Shown here piece after piece: positions 37,892 to 50,459 of a DNA stretch of 64,000 nucleotides. Numbering within the stretch: the first letter of the stretch is position 1; every line of letters starts with the position of its first letter. Below the pieces are notes generated by a model that did no database searches, had not been told where the DNA came from, and saw nothing but the letters and a program-made list of their open reading frames with translations. The DNA lies in NCBI GenBank assembly GCA_964016885.1, contig OZ024742.1:353152001-353216000 (forward strand). Reading direction: 5' to 3'. The position numbers and the translations under genes were made by a program. Origin of the DNA: Eledone cirrhosa (taxonomy: Eukaryota).

Positions 37892-40800
37892 GCGCGTGGC
37901 TTGGGGTCGTCATGGAAGCAGGGCCACCTGCTCAACGACCTCAGGTCACTAAACATAGATGTAGTGGCCATCAGCGAGACCAGAATCTCCGAAGCACGGG
38001 CCTTCGCACCGATCTTCGGCGGCTACGATGTGTACGCATCTCCCAGCCGTCCGGGATCGGTGGGAGGAGTTGCTGTGCTTTTTCAGAGGTTTGGATCTTG
38101 CCATACGGGCCATCTTCCTGGTCCCAACAGGTAAGTTGGTGGTGCTTGATGTGACCAGCGGAGACGGGTAAGCTTTCGGGTTAGTGGCCGTCTATGCCCC
38201 GACAGGAGCAGGGCGGCCTGATTTCTTCCGGCGTCTGGAGACCTTTCTTGGAACGTCCCGCTCTTTAGTGTTAGTGGGCGACTGGAACGGGATCTTAGAT
38301 GAACGCTGGGATTGTGTGGGATTAGTGGATAGGAAAGGAGGGTACAAGAGTCTCACCAACCTGCTCAGGCGTTTTGAACTGTCTGAAATGTACCGAATGG
38401 ATTTCCCGATTGTACCAATGTGGACTTGGACAAATCGCATAGGGTCATCCAGATCATATCTAGATAGAGTATTTTGTAGGGAAATAGATAGGTCTAGCAT
38501 AGGCTGTCCACAATTCAAGATAGTCAGATACACGGACTACACATTCGTGATCTGTGTGCTTGACTTAGATAGGCTTCATAGACGAGGACCCGGCTACTGG
38601 AAGCTAAACGCGTCCTTACCAGCGCGCAAGTCCTACAGAGACCGGATTAGAGAACTAGTTAAGCGGGCGTTGACGGGGGCCATCGTCAACAAGTGGTGGT
38701 TTGCTCTTAAAAGAGCGATTAGAATAGAGTCCATTAGGTTTAGTAAGACTTTAGCAATAGAGAAAAATAGAGCAGAGGGAGAATTAGTTAGAAAATTAGA
38801 CGAGGCGCTCAGCAAAGGCATCGCGACCGACGTATTGCGGCGAAATTGGCCCTTGACAAATTCTTCAATGCAAACCACGAAGGCTGCGTCGTCAGAGCTA
38901 GGGTGCGTGCTCTCAGACACGAGGGGACGAAAGCCGTTCAATGGGCCCGAGGGGCGGACGCGCGTCGTGGCAACAAAGCCACGATCCATCTTTGGTGGAC
39001 CACGACGGGCGCATGCTACTCGATCCCGGGCAAATGTGTGAAGCTTTTCAGCGACACTTCGCTCAACTGTTCGGAGGCAGTGGCGGGCCGGATCGAGGGA
39101 TGGACTTTAGTGTCTAACTCGACGGACTGCCGCGGCTTTCGGCCACTGAGGCGGAGTGTTGCGAAAAGCCGATAACTACCGCTGAAGTACGGGAGGCAAT
39201 GACTGGCTGCACAAGGGGTAAATCGCCTGGTTTGGATGGTCTGCCCTATGAACTTTACGTACAAATGCCAGACTTGTTCGGGGGCCTCTTGGCGGACGTC
39301 TACTGCAACTGGGAACAGAACGGGAGGATTCCCAGCTCAGTGAGCCGAGGAGCGGTGGCGTTGCTGAGAAAGGATCCGAACAAGGGGGATAACATACATA
39401 ATTTTAGGCCCATAACTCTGCTAAACACAGAGTTCAAGATTTTGGCCAAGGTGCTAGCAAAGAGGTTGGCGCTTGTCATTGGTGGTCTGGTGGGAGAGGC
39501 ACAGACATGCGCCAAACCCGACAGATCCATCCACGACAACCTCCACCTCATGCGATACATCGTAGAGAGGGTAGCTAGGGAACCTGGCATGGGTGGGTCT
39601 TTGATCAATTTAGATCAGTCGAAAGCCTTCGATAGGGTCGACCATCGTTACGTAGCGGCAGTCCTGAGGGCGGCTGGCTTTGGGCCCGTCTTCAGAGGCT
39701 GGATCGCTGCCATGCACAGCGACATCTGCTCTGTAGTGAGAGTGAACGGTCACCTTTCGGAACCGTTCAACATCATGCGCTCGGTCCGCCAAGGATGTCC
39801 CCTCTCATCTCTATTGTACGTATTGACTCTCGAGCCATTACTGCACAAACTGGAGACGTTGAGGGGCGTCCCGATCGAACTAGGAGGCGGAAGATCCGTG
39901 TCAGCATATGCCGACGATGTCACCGTAGTGGTGTCGAACGCCAAGCACGTCGAGGCGATCGGCACTACACTAAGAGAATACGAAGCGGTGACAGGAGCAA
40001 TGATCAACCAGGAAAAGTCAGTGGGCCTGCAGCTCGGCACCTGGACAGCGGGTCCATGCCGTGCAACAGCGTCGTCGGGCGCTGGACAGACGGACCGGTT
40101 AAATTGCTAAGGGTCTGGTTCGGTCCGGACCACCAGACGGACAAAAGCTGGGACGTGGTAACGAGCAGAGTGGCTTATCTCACCCAGAAATGGGCGGAGA
40201 GGAAGCTATCCCTGAAAGATCGAGCGGAGGTGGCTAACGCGTACATCGCGTCCGTCATCTACTACCGTCAACTTTCTCTTTTTGTGGAAGGGACGTCATC
40301 TACTACCGCCATCTTTCGCTTTTTGTGGAAGGGACGCGCTCCGATGGTCAGGCGGTCCATCTGCTGTCAACACCCGCTACGTGGTAGGCTGGGCATAACG
40401 TGGCTGATGATGCGGTGACACGCGCTCAGGCTACGACATCTCTACCTCTTCCTCGACGGTGATCAGGTGTTGTCGCCGTTCGCTAGACACGCCTTTCCCA
40501 AGCTCGTCTCCTTGATGGAGCTGCAGTCCTGGGTCAACCGAAGACCGAGAGGGAGCGCTTGGAGACTGGAATATCTTCAGGCGCTCACAGCAAACGATCA
40601 ATCGGGCAATGTGATCAATGGAAACTCCACCTTGGCGTTCTATAGAGGATTAGTGGAGGGGAAGAGCAACGACGTACTTGGAGAAACTCTAGGCGTCGAC
40701 GAAAATCAACTAGCCAATCTCTTCGGAAGTACTTTCATGGCGGGGCCTATGGACAACTTCCAGAAATCCCTGGCCTGGCAGTGCTACCGAGGAGCTTTGC

Positions 40801-41612
40801 CAGATCGGGATAAACTCTACAGGCATGGAGGTGCCGTCAGCCGGGCATGTCCGAGATGCGCGCAGGGCGACGAAACCGTTATGCACGCACTCCTCCAGAG
40901 TCCGAGCATTGCTGACTTGTGGGTTTATGTCGCACACCTGCTGCCACGTGTAGGACGGATCCAGATATCAGCTGAGTCCATCGTGAGGATTAACACGCCC
41001 TCTTCCATTAGCCGGGAAGGGCAGGCAGTTTTTATCTGTCTGGTGGCCATGGCGAAATAGATAGTATGGTGGACATGTTTGAGAGGGCTGAAGACGAGCA
41101 CTTACCGCTTCGGTGATGCCCTGATTAACTTTTTCAAATTTCATTTGAAAAGCAAAATCAGGGTAGAGAGGGAAGTGCTCCCTTCCCAGCATTTTTTTGA
41201 AAGATGAGTGAGAGAAGCAAGTATGGCCCGAGTATGTCTGCCCTAGGGTGATGCATTCTGTGCATGGTTAAGAATTTTCGGATTTTTGTATACAGCCTAC
41301 GGATCTCTGTGCTTGACCAGTTGATGACATTGTAACTGTAGGTTACTACTGGTATGGTAAATTAAAGGTGGGAAACAGGGAGAGGGCACTTGCCATGGTG
41401 GTCAGGGCCACTGTGGCCTTCTAATGGGATTTCACCACAAATGTTCATCCGAAGTCTCCCACCTATTGGGGAATTTTTCATCGTTATTTTTTTTAATACA
41501 TCCTCTGTTTTTTGTTTTTTACACGCAGAAATGCCCATTTGTACCGTCCCGTATTGTTCTGTACTGTCCTTAATGACTATTTTCTGTAAACCCTAGCGGT
41601 TAATAAAGAAAT
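37892..41612 (+). mobile_element. Tx1/L1-like LINE copy 1 (ORF2 only: APE endonuclease, RT, C-terminal Zn finger; frameshifted)
   Basis: DVVAISET, VYAP, LVGDWN, SYLDR, GYWKLN, KSPGLDGLP, FRPITLLN, LDQSKAFDRVDH, VRQGCPLS, AYADDV, CPRC..ETV.HAL. AATAAA then (ATT)n. Confidence 0.93.
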
Positions 41613-41631
41613 TATTATTATTATTATTATA

Positions 41632-44600
41632 ATTTGCATTTATCTTGCTTTATGTTCATACGAGTTATCACCAAGTCACAACCAGTGACCTCAAGAGACA
41701 ACAAGGTCCGCCATGTTCAAGAAAGGACATACATATTCACACATTCGTCCTTAGTGTTTAGACTTGTGATTTACTTATATTGACAGGATCTTCCTTAGTA
41801 TATGGGCAGTTCCCATTAGTACTATCTTTTGTATTTCTCCTATACGCGGGTTTCCTGGGATTTGCGATAAGTAGTCGTTAGACCCCTTAGGTATCATTCC
41901 CAGAGCGCCTACAACCACTTGTATTGTTTTAGTTCTCAATTTCCACATTTTTCCAATTTCTATCTCCAGGTCCTTATACTTGCTCAATTTTTCAAATGTT
42001 TTTATAGATACATTCTTGTCTATTGGAACAGACATATCAATTAGCAGGCATACCCTCCTTTGAAAGTCCTTCAATATTATATCAGGTCTATTTGCATCTA
42101 TTTTTCGGTCTGTTTGGATGCTAAAGTACCACAAGATTGAGATGTGATCTTTTTCAAGTATGGGAGGTGGTTGATGTTCCCACCAATGCTTTTGATGGGG
42201 CAGGTCAAAATGCTTACACATTATCCAATGTATGTATTGTGCAGCTCTGTCATGCCTGTTTAGGTATTCGGTTGGAGCTATAGGACTGCACATTGAAATT
42301 ATATGGTCAATGGTCTCTGGTTGTTTTTTGCATACACGGCATAATGGGCTGCACCCATTTTTTATTATGTTGGCTTGGTAATTTTGTGTTGGCAGACAAT
42401 GATCTTGTGCCGATATAATTAGTCCTTGCGTCTCCGATTTCAGTCCAGAGGATGCCAACCACTGATGGGTTAAAGTTTTGTCAACATCAGGATTGTTAGC
42501 TCGCTCTGGGTATTTTCCATACAGAGGCTTTTCTTGCCATTTCTTAGCCAGTTTCTGTAGCAGTTCTTCCTTTGCAGTTACTTTTACCTGCTTTGCTTTT
42601 TCTGTGTTGTCCATTTCAGCAGTAAATGGGACTTCTGAAATTTGTAGTCCATTACTGTATCTTTCTGCATCTTTTGTAATGGAATATGATCTTTTTGTGC
42701 TTTCGTGTTTCAAAACGAGTTTGATCATCCAATCATGTGATTCCCTTAGATATGTGGATAATCCAATTGTTGCAGTTTTCAACGCAATGTCTAACTGGAT
42801 TAACCCACGTCCTCCTTCTTTCCTAGGGAGATATATTCTATCTATGTCTGCCTTAGGGTGATGCATTCTGTGCATGGTTAAGAATTTTCGGATTTTTGTA
42901 TACAACCTACGGATCTCTGTGCTTGACCAGTTGATGACATTGCAACTGTAGGTTACTACTGGTATGGCAAGCGTGTTTATGGCATCGATCCTATTCCTTG
43001 CATTCAATTCCGTTCTTAAGATTGCTCTGACTCTGCGGTAACATTCCTTCCTTATCCTTTCCCTCATTGTCGAATGCTTGATTCCGTCTCCTTCACAAAC
43101 ACCTAGATATTTGTAAGTTTTTTATTGATCAAGCTCTCTTATCACGTTCCCCCGATCAAGATTAATGTCTGAACTCTTCAGCAGCTTTCCTCTGTTGAAC
43201 GTTGTTTTGGCGCATTTATCCAGTCCAACCTCCATTTTAATGACATCACTGAACTGCTCACAGTGGATAATAGCTCTTGCAATTGTTCATCATATTTTGG
43301 AAATAGTTTCAGGTCATCCATGTAGAACAGGCGATTAATGGTTTTGTCATAGACTCTATATCCATGTTTTGTTTCATTGAGCATTTTACTTAATGGTATA
43401 AGTGCGATGCAGAATAAAAGCGGTGATAAAGAGTCACCCTGAGAAATTCCACAATTAATATTAACTTTCTCCAGCTTCCAGTGATTTTGTTTCACTATTC
43501 AAAAGGAATGTCGTTTTCCATGTCTTCATACTGAATGACAAAAACTCCTGACAACGGGGGATATTTTGAAAATCTCTAAACATTTTTCAATCCAACTGTG
43601 TGGCAAACTATCGAATGCTTTTTTATAATCTATCCAAGCAATCGATAGATTGTTGTGTCTATTATGACAATCTTCCAGTATAATTTTGTTAACCAGAAGC
43701 TGATCCTTACAGCCACATGAGCCTCGTTTACACCCTTTCTGCTCAATAGGAAATAGGTCATTTGTTATCAGGTGGTCATATGTGTATTCAGTTAGGACTG
43801 ATGTTAACATTTTATACATTGTGGTCAAGCAGGTTATCGGTCTGTAATTTTTGGGATTGTTTGTCTCATCATTCTTCGGTAGCAGGAATGTAATGCCGTT
43901 AACTAGCCATGATGGTATCTTTTCTGGCTACTTAACTATTTCATTGTAAAGTTGGGCTAACAGCTCATGAGACTCTGTGAAGGCATTTATCCAAAAGTTT
44001 TGTATTTTGTCTTTTCCTGGGGATTACCATTTGCTGGTTTTTCTTAGAGCCAATCGCAACTGTTCAACTGTTATATTTTCCCATGTTTGTTCTTCAAGGT
44101 GAGCTGTATCTTTCATTTGTCTGTCTATCCATGGGGCATGTATGTTATGAACTTTTTCTTAGGCCCAGATCTTTTCCCAGAATTCTTGCACTTCCTCCTT
44201 GGGTGGTATTGATTTAGCAGTTATTGTTGACTTACCAATTTTTCTGTAGAAGGTTCTTTGGTTCTTTTTGAACATATTATTGTCCTTATAGAATCTAGAT
44301 CGTTTTTCAAAGCGCCTTATACGAGCAGCTTTGGCCAACACATTTTGCTTGATTGTTTCTATCAGCATGTCTATGTCACATTTTGATCTTATACTGTACT
44401 TTTTTTTCAATTTTCTAAGTTTAGTTTGTTTAACATGTTCACCTACTTTATAGTTTGTTAAAATTTCTATGTCAGATCGGAGAAGGTTTATTTGGCGATT
44501 GATGTTATCTTGCCAAGTAGATTTCTTGTGGGAATTCCTTTGTTTTTTAATCTTCACTCCACATAAGTGAGTGGTGACTTTAGCCGATGCATAATCTAGA

Positions 44601-45580
44601 TGATTTAAGTCAGTAATGTTTAGTTTGTTTGTGATGATAATGTTTTTGAGAATTATGTTAGTCTTGTGTATTATCTTTTGGTTCTGTTTGGAGTTCTGGA
44701 TCTTAGGGAGGGTGTCTCGTTGCCCCATGTCAGATTCTTTCATTTTCATCCATTCGATCATAATTTCATCCTTCAAGTTGGCAAGTTCATTCTCATTCAT
44801 TTCTTTATCATTTACGATCTCATTATTTTCATTTGGAGTTTCATCCTGAGCATGCACTCCCTCCACTTTTTCGCTCCATTCTTTAATTTGTTCTGTTGCC
44901 AGTGATTCCGCCCCAACCCTGGGATTCGAAGTGTTACAGTTTACCTCGTTTTCACTGACACATGCTTCATTTTCCCTTCGCTGACTTTGTGCTACTAGCT
45001 TGATCTGATCAATTTCTATATCACGTAGTAACTTTTTTCTTACAATATTTCTTCTAGTTTGTTACTGTCAATATAACCTCTGTTTTCGGGATGTTTCTTT
45101 TTACAGTTGATATATGTTTGTTCTGTATTCGATGTATTTGATGGGTAGTACATGGCAGTGTAGAAAGCCTCAAGGACTTCTTTATTATCTTCCCTTAACC
45201 ATTTTTCTCTCTTTTTCTTTGGATTTCTTGGTGGTGAGCATGGAGGGCGAACAGTAGGAGTATTCCGGTTATGGGAGGTCTCCAGCTTCGAAGTGATGGG
45301 AAGGTTTGAACCATTAGCTGATTTTTCGACCCCAGTCTGGTTCCTCTCTGAGGGACGCGGCCCTTTTTTACCCGGGTGACGGCCGATCCGGTATGAGATT
45401 TTATCATTAGACATTTACTTTATTTTGTCGCGTTTTATCCTTATCCGGCAAGGGGTTATCATTTCGTGTTACCACTTCTAGAACGAGTGTCAACCAAGAC
45501 TAGAGGGGTCGTTCTCCCCTAGAGAGATGGCTATTTCCCGCCGGCCGCCATCCCGGTATTTCTTGGTCACGGGGTTTTCT
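41632..45580 (-). mobile_element. R4/Dong-like non-LTR retrotransposon 1 (RT plus restriction-like endonuclease), near full length, inactivated
   Basis: ORF from 45414: [88 protein letters not shown]. (TAA)n tail. Confidence 0.93.
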
Positions 45581-45599
45581 TTTTGTTGTTTTTTATTAA

Positions 45600-46536
45600 A
45601 TTGTTATTATCATGAGTGGTTCCTTAATGTGAGCATTGCGTGGCTTAAGAATGAAATTATTAATAATTGTCTCCACTCCAGGCACAAGGCCAGCAATCAC
45701 CCAGTGTATTACAATAATATAATATACTTTTTGTTGTAGTTGGCTGTAATTGTTGTTGGCTATGTCGGTGGTGGTGCCGGGGCTTTTTATATTGTTGGTG
45801 AGGAAGGGGTGAGCCAGCAGTCCCATAATTGTTGATGTAGACGTTTGGCCGGTGGCAAGGTCACCAAGTCAATCTATTTATATCTTTTGCTAGCCTCTCT
45901 CTTGTCTAGTGATACTGCCACCTTCCCCTTTCTCTCTCAAGTTAACAGGGGAATAGTGTCGGTAGCATTGAATGAGTGGTGGCGGCGATGATGGATGCGG
46001 TGGGGTGGTGGCAGCGGTGGTGTTGTGGTTACTGATATAGTATCTGAGTTTGTGTTCGTATGTTTAATATCTATTTTTATTATATTTTGTGTTGACATAT
46101 TCCCGTAAAATTTGAATTAAACATTTTTTAAAATTTGAGACAATAATAATAGTAATTATTATTATGATGTTGGTGAAATTGCCGTTATCTGGCTGTTATA
46201 TTTAGTGTGATGGGATAGGTAGTGTATCAAGTTTCTGGTGTTGGTGAAATTGAAATTGCTGCTATTTGGCTGTTCTATATAGTGTAGACAGAGGGTGTTT
46301 TGTTCCATTTATAACCATTTTCTTTTTTTGAATACAAAATATATAATACGCAATTGAATATTTGAGCGATACAACAATATAATATGGATCCGAAACTTTA
46401 TGGGACCTCATTCGGTGCATTTATGCAACATTTGTGCTAAGAATTGTTCTTTCACAATTGATTTAAATATGTTAAAAATCAAAAACTTACGGGAGCAGTT
46501 TCGTGACGTTCTACCACCTCGTGCGTCTTCTTCCCT
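45600..46536 (-). other. Leader Y: AT-rich 5' segment plus Thr/Pro-rich micro-ORF, homologous to 50460-51228
   Basis: Shares the start (gaaRacgcac..gtgg..cgt.a.g...gct.ccg.aagtttttgattttta) and aaaagatataaatagaYtgaYttgRtgacc with leader X. Confidence 0.6.
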
Positions 46537-46567
46537 TATTATTATTATTATTATTATTATTGTTGTT

Positions 46568-46803
46568 ATTCCTTGAATCTCAGTCATTGATGTTGGTTAA
46601 CTGGAAAGTCCGTTGGATTGAATATCAAGCCACTACCTGCAGCCTCAGATATTCAGGACGTATCGGAGGGTTCTTGCTGTTCCAAGCAAGCATGCCTTTT
46701 GAAGCGTTCCAAAAAGCGTGAAGGGGCCGATTTTCTTTAACCATCCCTGGAAACTTTTGGAGATAGTCCCCAGTGCGCCTATGACAATCGGGATCACTTT
46801 GAC
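46568..46803 (-). mobile_element. 5'-truncated 3' end of the Dong-like family 2, between two (TAA)n tracts
   Basis: VIPIVIGALGTISKSFQGWLKKIG..LQKACLLGTARTLRYVLNI duplicates 46909-47140. Confidence 0.9.
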
Positions 46804-46834
<31 letters not shown>

Positions 46835-46841
46835 GTTATTA

Positions 46842-46908
<67 letters not shown>

Positions 46909-46910
<2 letters not shown>

Positions 46911-49900
46911 TTTGAGTCTCAGTCATTGATGTTAGTTAACTGGAAGGTTTGTTGAAATGAATATCAAGCCACTACCTGCAGCTTCAGATATTCAGGACGT
47001 ATCAGAGGATTATTGCTGTTCTCAGCAAGCATGCCTTTTGAAGCGTTCCAAAAAGCGTGGCGGGGCCAATTTTCTTTAACCATCCCTGGAAATTTTTTGA
47101 GATAGTCCCTTGTGCGCCTATGACAATCGGGACCACTTTGGCTTCATGGCAGTTCCAAATCCTTTTTACATCCCACTTTAAGTCCTGGTATCGGTTAATT
47201 TTCTCCCTCTCCTTCTCTTGTACTGTCGTGTCGAATGGGAAGGCCACATCCACAATCAGGCACCATCTTTTTTCTTTGTCCAAAACCACCAGGTCAGGTC
47301 TATTGTGTTCCAGTTTCTTGTCCGTCTGTATACTAAAATCCGACAGCACCTTCACCTGATCGTTTTCTATCACCGACTCTGGCTTATGCTCATACCACTT
47401 CTCAGAATGGGGTAAATTGTTTACTCTGCATAGGTGCCAGTGGATCACCCTGCCCATCACATCATGTATCCAGCCCTTATAGTGAGTCTGGGCTAGGTGT
47501 TTACACTCGGATACAATGTAACCACAGTCTCCTCTCTCTCTCCATAAATCCTGCACAGTGGGCTAGCCTCCTCCTTGTAAATATGGTGTTTCAACCACTT
47601 CGTTTGGAGGGCCTTCTCTTGCGCAGCCATTAACATTCCTTCTGTAGCCTTTTTAAGGTCTCCTCTTTTCAACAAGTTCCATGTCTGTGGATCTCTGAAT
47701 TCAGCTTTCTCAAAGAAGGTACTATGAAGGGATTGTTCAGGAAGGCTGCTCTTTCTCCTTGTTGTTATTTCCTTCTTGGAAATCCCCTGATCTATTGTCC
47801 TTTCCTTCAGTACAGTTCTGAGCATTGGCTCCTTACTATCAGTCACGTATTTGTTCAGGTTGTTTTTCTCCATCTGAACACAGTCCTCTATGCTGATAAT
47901 ACCTCTTCCACCTTCAGATCTCCTTAAGTAGAGTCTATCGACATCACTCCTCTTGTGGAACATGTATATAATCAATAGATTCCTAGTCTTCCTATCCATT
48001 TATTTTTGTTCAGCAACATTCCATCTCAGAATTGTACCTAATAATAGACAGAGCACGGGAATTTACTGTTCAGATGTGACTTTAATACGCTCCTTACTCT
48101 CCGAATGTATTCAGTTCTTATCAATTCCTTCATTTTTTTGTTCTTGATGTCATCAGCCTCCAGACCACCCAAATACTTGTATCCTTCTTCAGTGTCAATT
48201 TCCTTTATCATCTCACCTGTTGGTACTTGGATTCCGTTATTTCTGCTCAACTTTCCCCTCTTCATCACAATGACTCCACACTTACTAATACCAAATTGCA
48301 TACATATATCATTGCTGAAAATACGGACAGTGTTCTACAAGCATATCCAACTTCTTCTAACCTTTCCCGAAGAGCTTAAGATCGTCCATGAAGAGGAAGT
48401 GATTGATGGTAAGCTCTCCCTTTCCCAACTTGTATCCCGCTCTCACTTTTCGCAGTATAATGGGGCATCAGGGCAAGGACAAACAACAGAGGGGACAGAC
48501 TATCTCCCTGGAAGGTACCTATCTTGATCTTCACGCCTTCCAAAGATTCTCCAGCTGATGTTAACTCTGTTTTCCAGGACTTCATACTTTTTCCCGACAG
48601 CTGTCTGATGTTATCTGCCACCTTGAAGAACTCTAGGCTTTTGGAGATCCAAGAATGAGACACCATGTCAAATGCCTTTTTGTAGTCTATCCGTCCCATG
48701 ACAAGACCAGTGTGTCTCCTCTTGCAATTGCTTATTACCATCTTATCAATAAGTAACTGGTCCTTTGTACCACGTGACTTCTTTCGGCATCCTTTCTATT
48801 CTTCCGGTAACAAGTTGTTTGTGTAGAGGTGATGGTAGATTTCCTCACACATAATGCTTGTCAACAGTTTCCACATTACGGACAGACATGTGCTAGTTCT
48901 AGAGATGATAACATCATTATCTTGATTCGGTCTTCCATTACCAGAACTGTGGTACCATTTGTCAACCACTCTGGTACCTCACCTGACATCAAGCAGTCAT
49001 TGAACATGGTTGTCAGTTTCGGGTGGAGGGATGTTATATTTTTAAACCAATTCCCTTGCACACCATCTGGGCCTGGATATTTCCAGTTGGTTAGTTTATT
49101 GGCCTGCCCCTTAAGAGTTTCAACTGTGATACTCAAATCAGTTTGTTGGTGTGCCTGTTCACTAATCTCCTTTTGTACTGTCTCAATCCACACTGGCTGG
49201 TCATTATGTTTAACATCCTGCTCCCATATTCCTCTCCAGAATGTCTTAGGGATCAAGTCGTTGCCTCTTTTTTCCCTTCAAGCTGTCCAAACAGCATATT
49301 CTGGTTGTTGTCAAACATGCGGTTCTGTCTATACTGACTGACTCTGCTCTCGTATCGCCTAATGTTTGCACTCTTTTCTACAATCCGTTGCTTCAGTTCA
49401 TCTATGATAATATTTAGCTTTTTCCTCCTAGCTTTGTACTTTATTTCCTGTCTATTTTTAGTGTCTATGTTTTTTAGTGTCCCATTCAGTAGGGACTCAA
49501 GCTTTCCAATGTAATTTCTCATTTCCCTGATTTGACCATTCAGTCGTTTCTTTCACCAAGGCTCTGCTCTTTCTTGTTTGTTGTTTCCTCTCGCTTTTAT
49601 GCTAAGTAATTTCCTCACCGCATTTGCTGTTGCTTTGGTGAAGGCTCCTCGCCTCAAGGTATGGGATGACTTTGTTTACCTTAGCTGTTGTTTCTTTTAA
49701 CTTTTTCCTGTCTACAAATCTTAGGTTCATAAGTTTCCCAATATCATTGTTCAATTCATTTACCACTAAGTTTAGGATAACAACCAAACCTTGTCCTAGC
49801 CCGTCAGCATTCATCTCTTCAATGGCCGTATCTTTGTTCTAGGTAGTATTTATTTCAGCATTCAGATTATTGTCTGCTTCGGATGCTTCCTCCGTTCTCT

Positions 49901-50420
49901 CAACCTCTTCATCTTCATTTGCCCACTGGCTCTCTTCTCAGTTCCTCCAGTTCCAGCTCACTTATCCACCCAATAGTTCTTATTACCCGAGCCTGCCCGG
50001 CCAATCTTTGTTCATCTAATTTAAATAGACCAATGTCGTTCCAGATATAATTCATCCGTTTCCTATAGCCTTTCTCCTTGGGGTTACTCTTCAGGTAACA
50101 TTGCAATTACCGTTCTATTCAATTCTTTCGTCCAGTTGGATCTGGTCCCTTTCCTTCTTCTGCTTCCTCAGACACCAGCAGTATTTGGTTGACAGCCAGG
50201 TCCCTGCTGCTGAGCCAGGGAGCACCTGTTGGGTGAGAGTCTGTCACATGGCATTCCAGTTTCCACTTCACCGTTATTCGAACTGTTTAGGTTCTACATT
50301 TAAACACTCTTATCGAGGATTGGTGAATGTATAGTTACATAACCACCGGTAATTTCATCACCCCCGGTGTTTTCATCACTCCCGATGATTTTTGTGTGGC
50401 ACTATCACGCTAGAGACGAA
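46909..50420 (-). mobile_element. R4/Dong-like non-LTR retrotransposon 2 (divergent from element 1), near full length, inactivated
   Basis: [85 protein letters not shown]. (TAA)n tail at 46804-46908. Confidence 0.92.
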
Positions 50421-50459
50421 CATAAATAAACAAACAAACAAATAGGTAAAAAAAAAAAC

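Noticed and set aside
40254-40335. ~41-bp tandem duplication in Tx1 copy 1
   Set aside because: A local deletion and duplication scar after insertion, absent from copies 2 and 4.
41775-43067. 430-aa open ORF as a domesticated gene
   Set aside because: It is the C-terminal part of the Dong-like ORF. The upstream RT is frameshifted and conserved residues are mutated.
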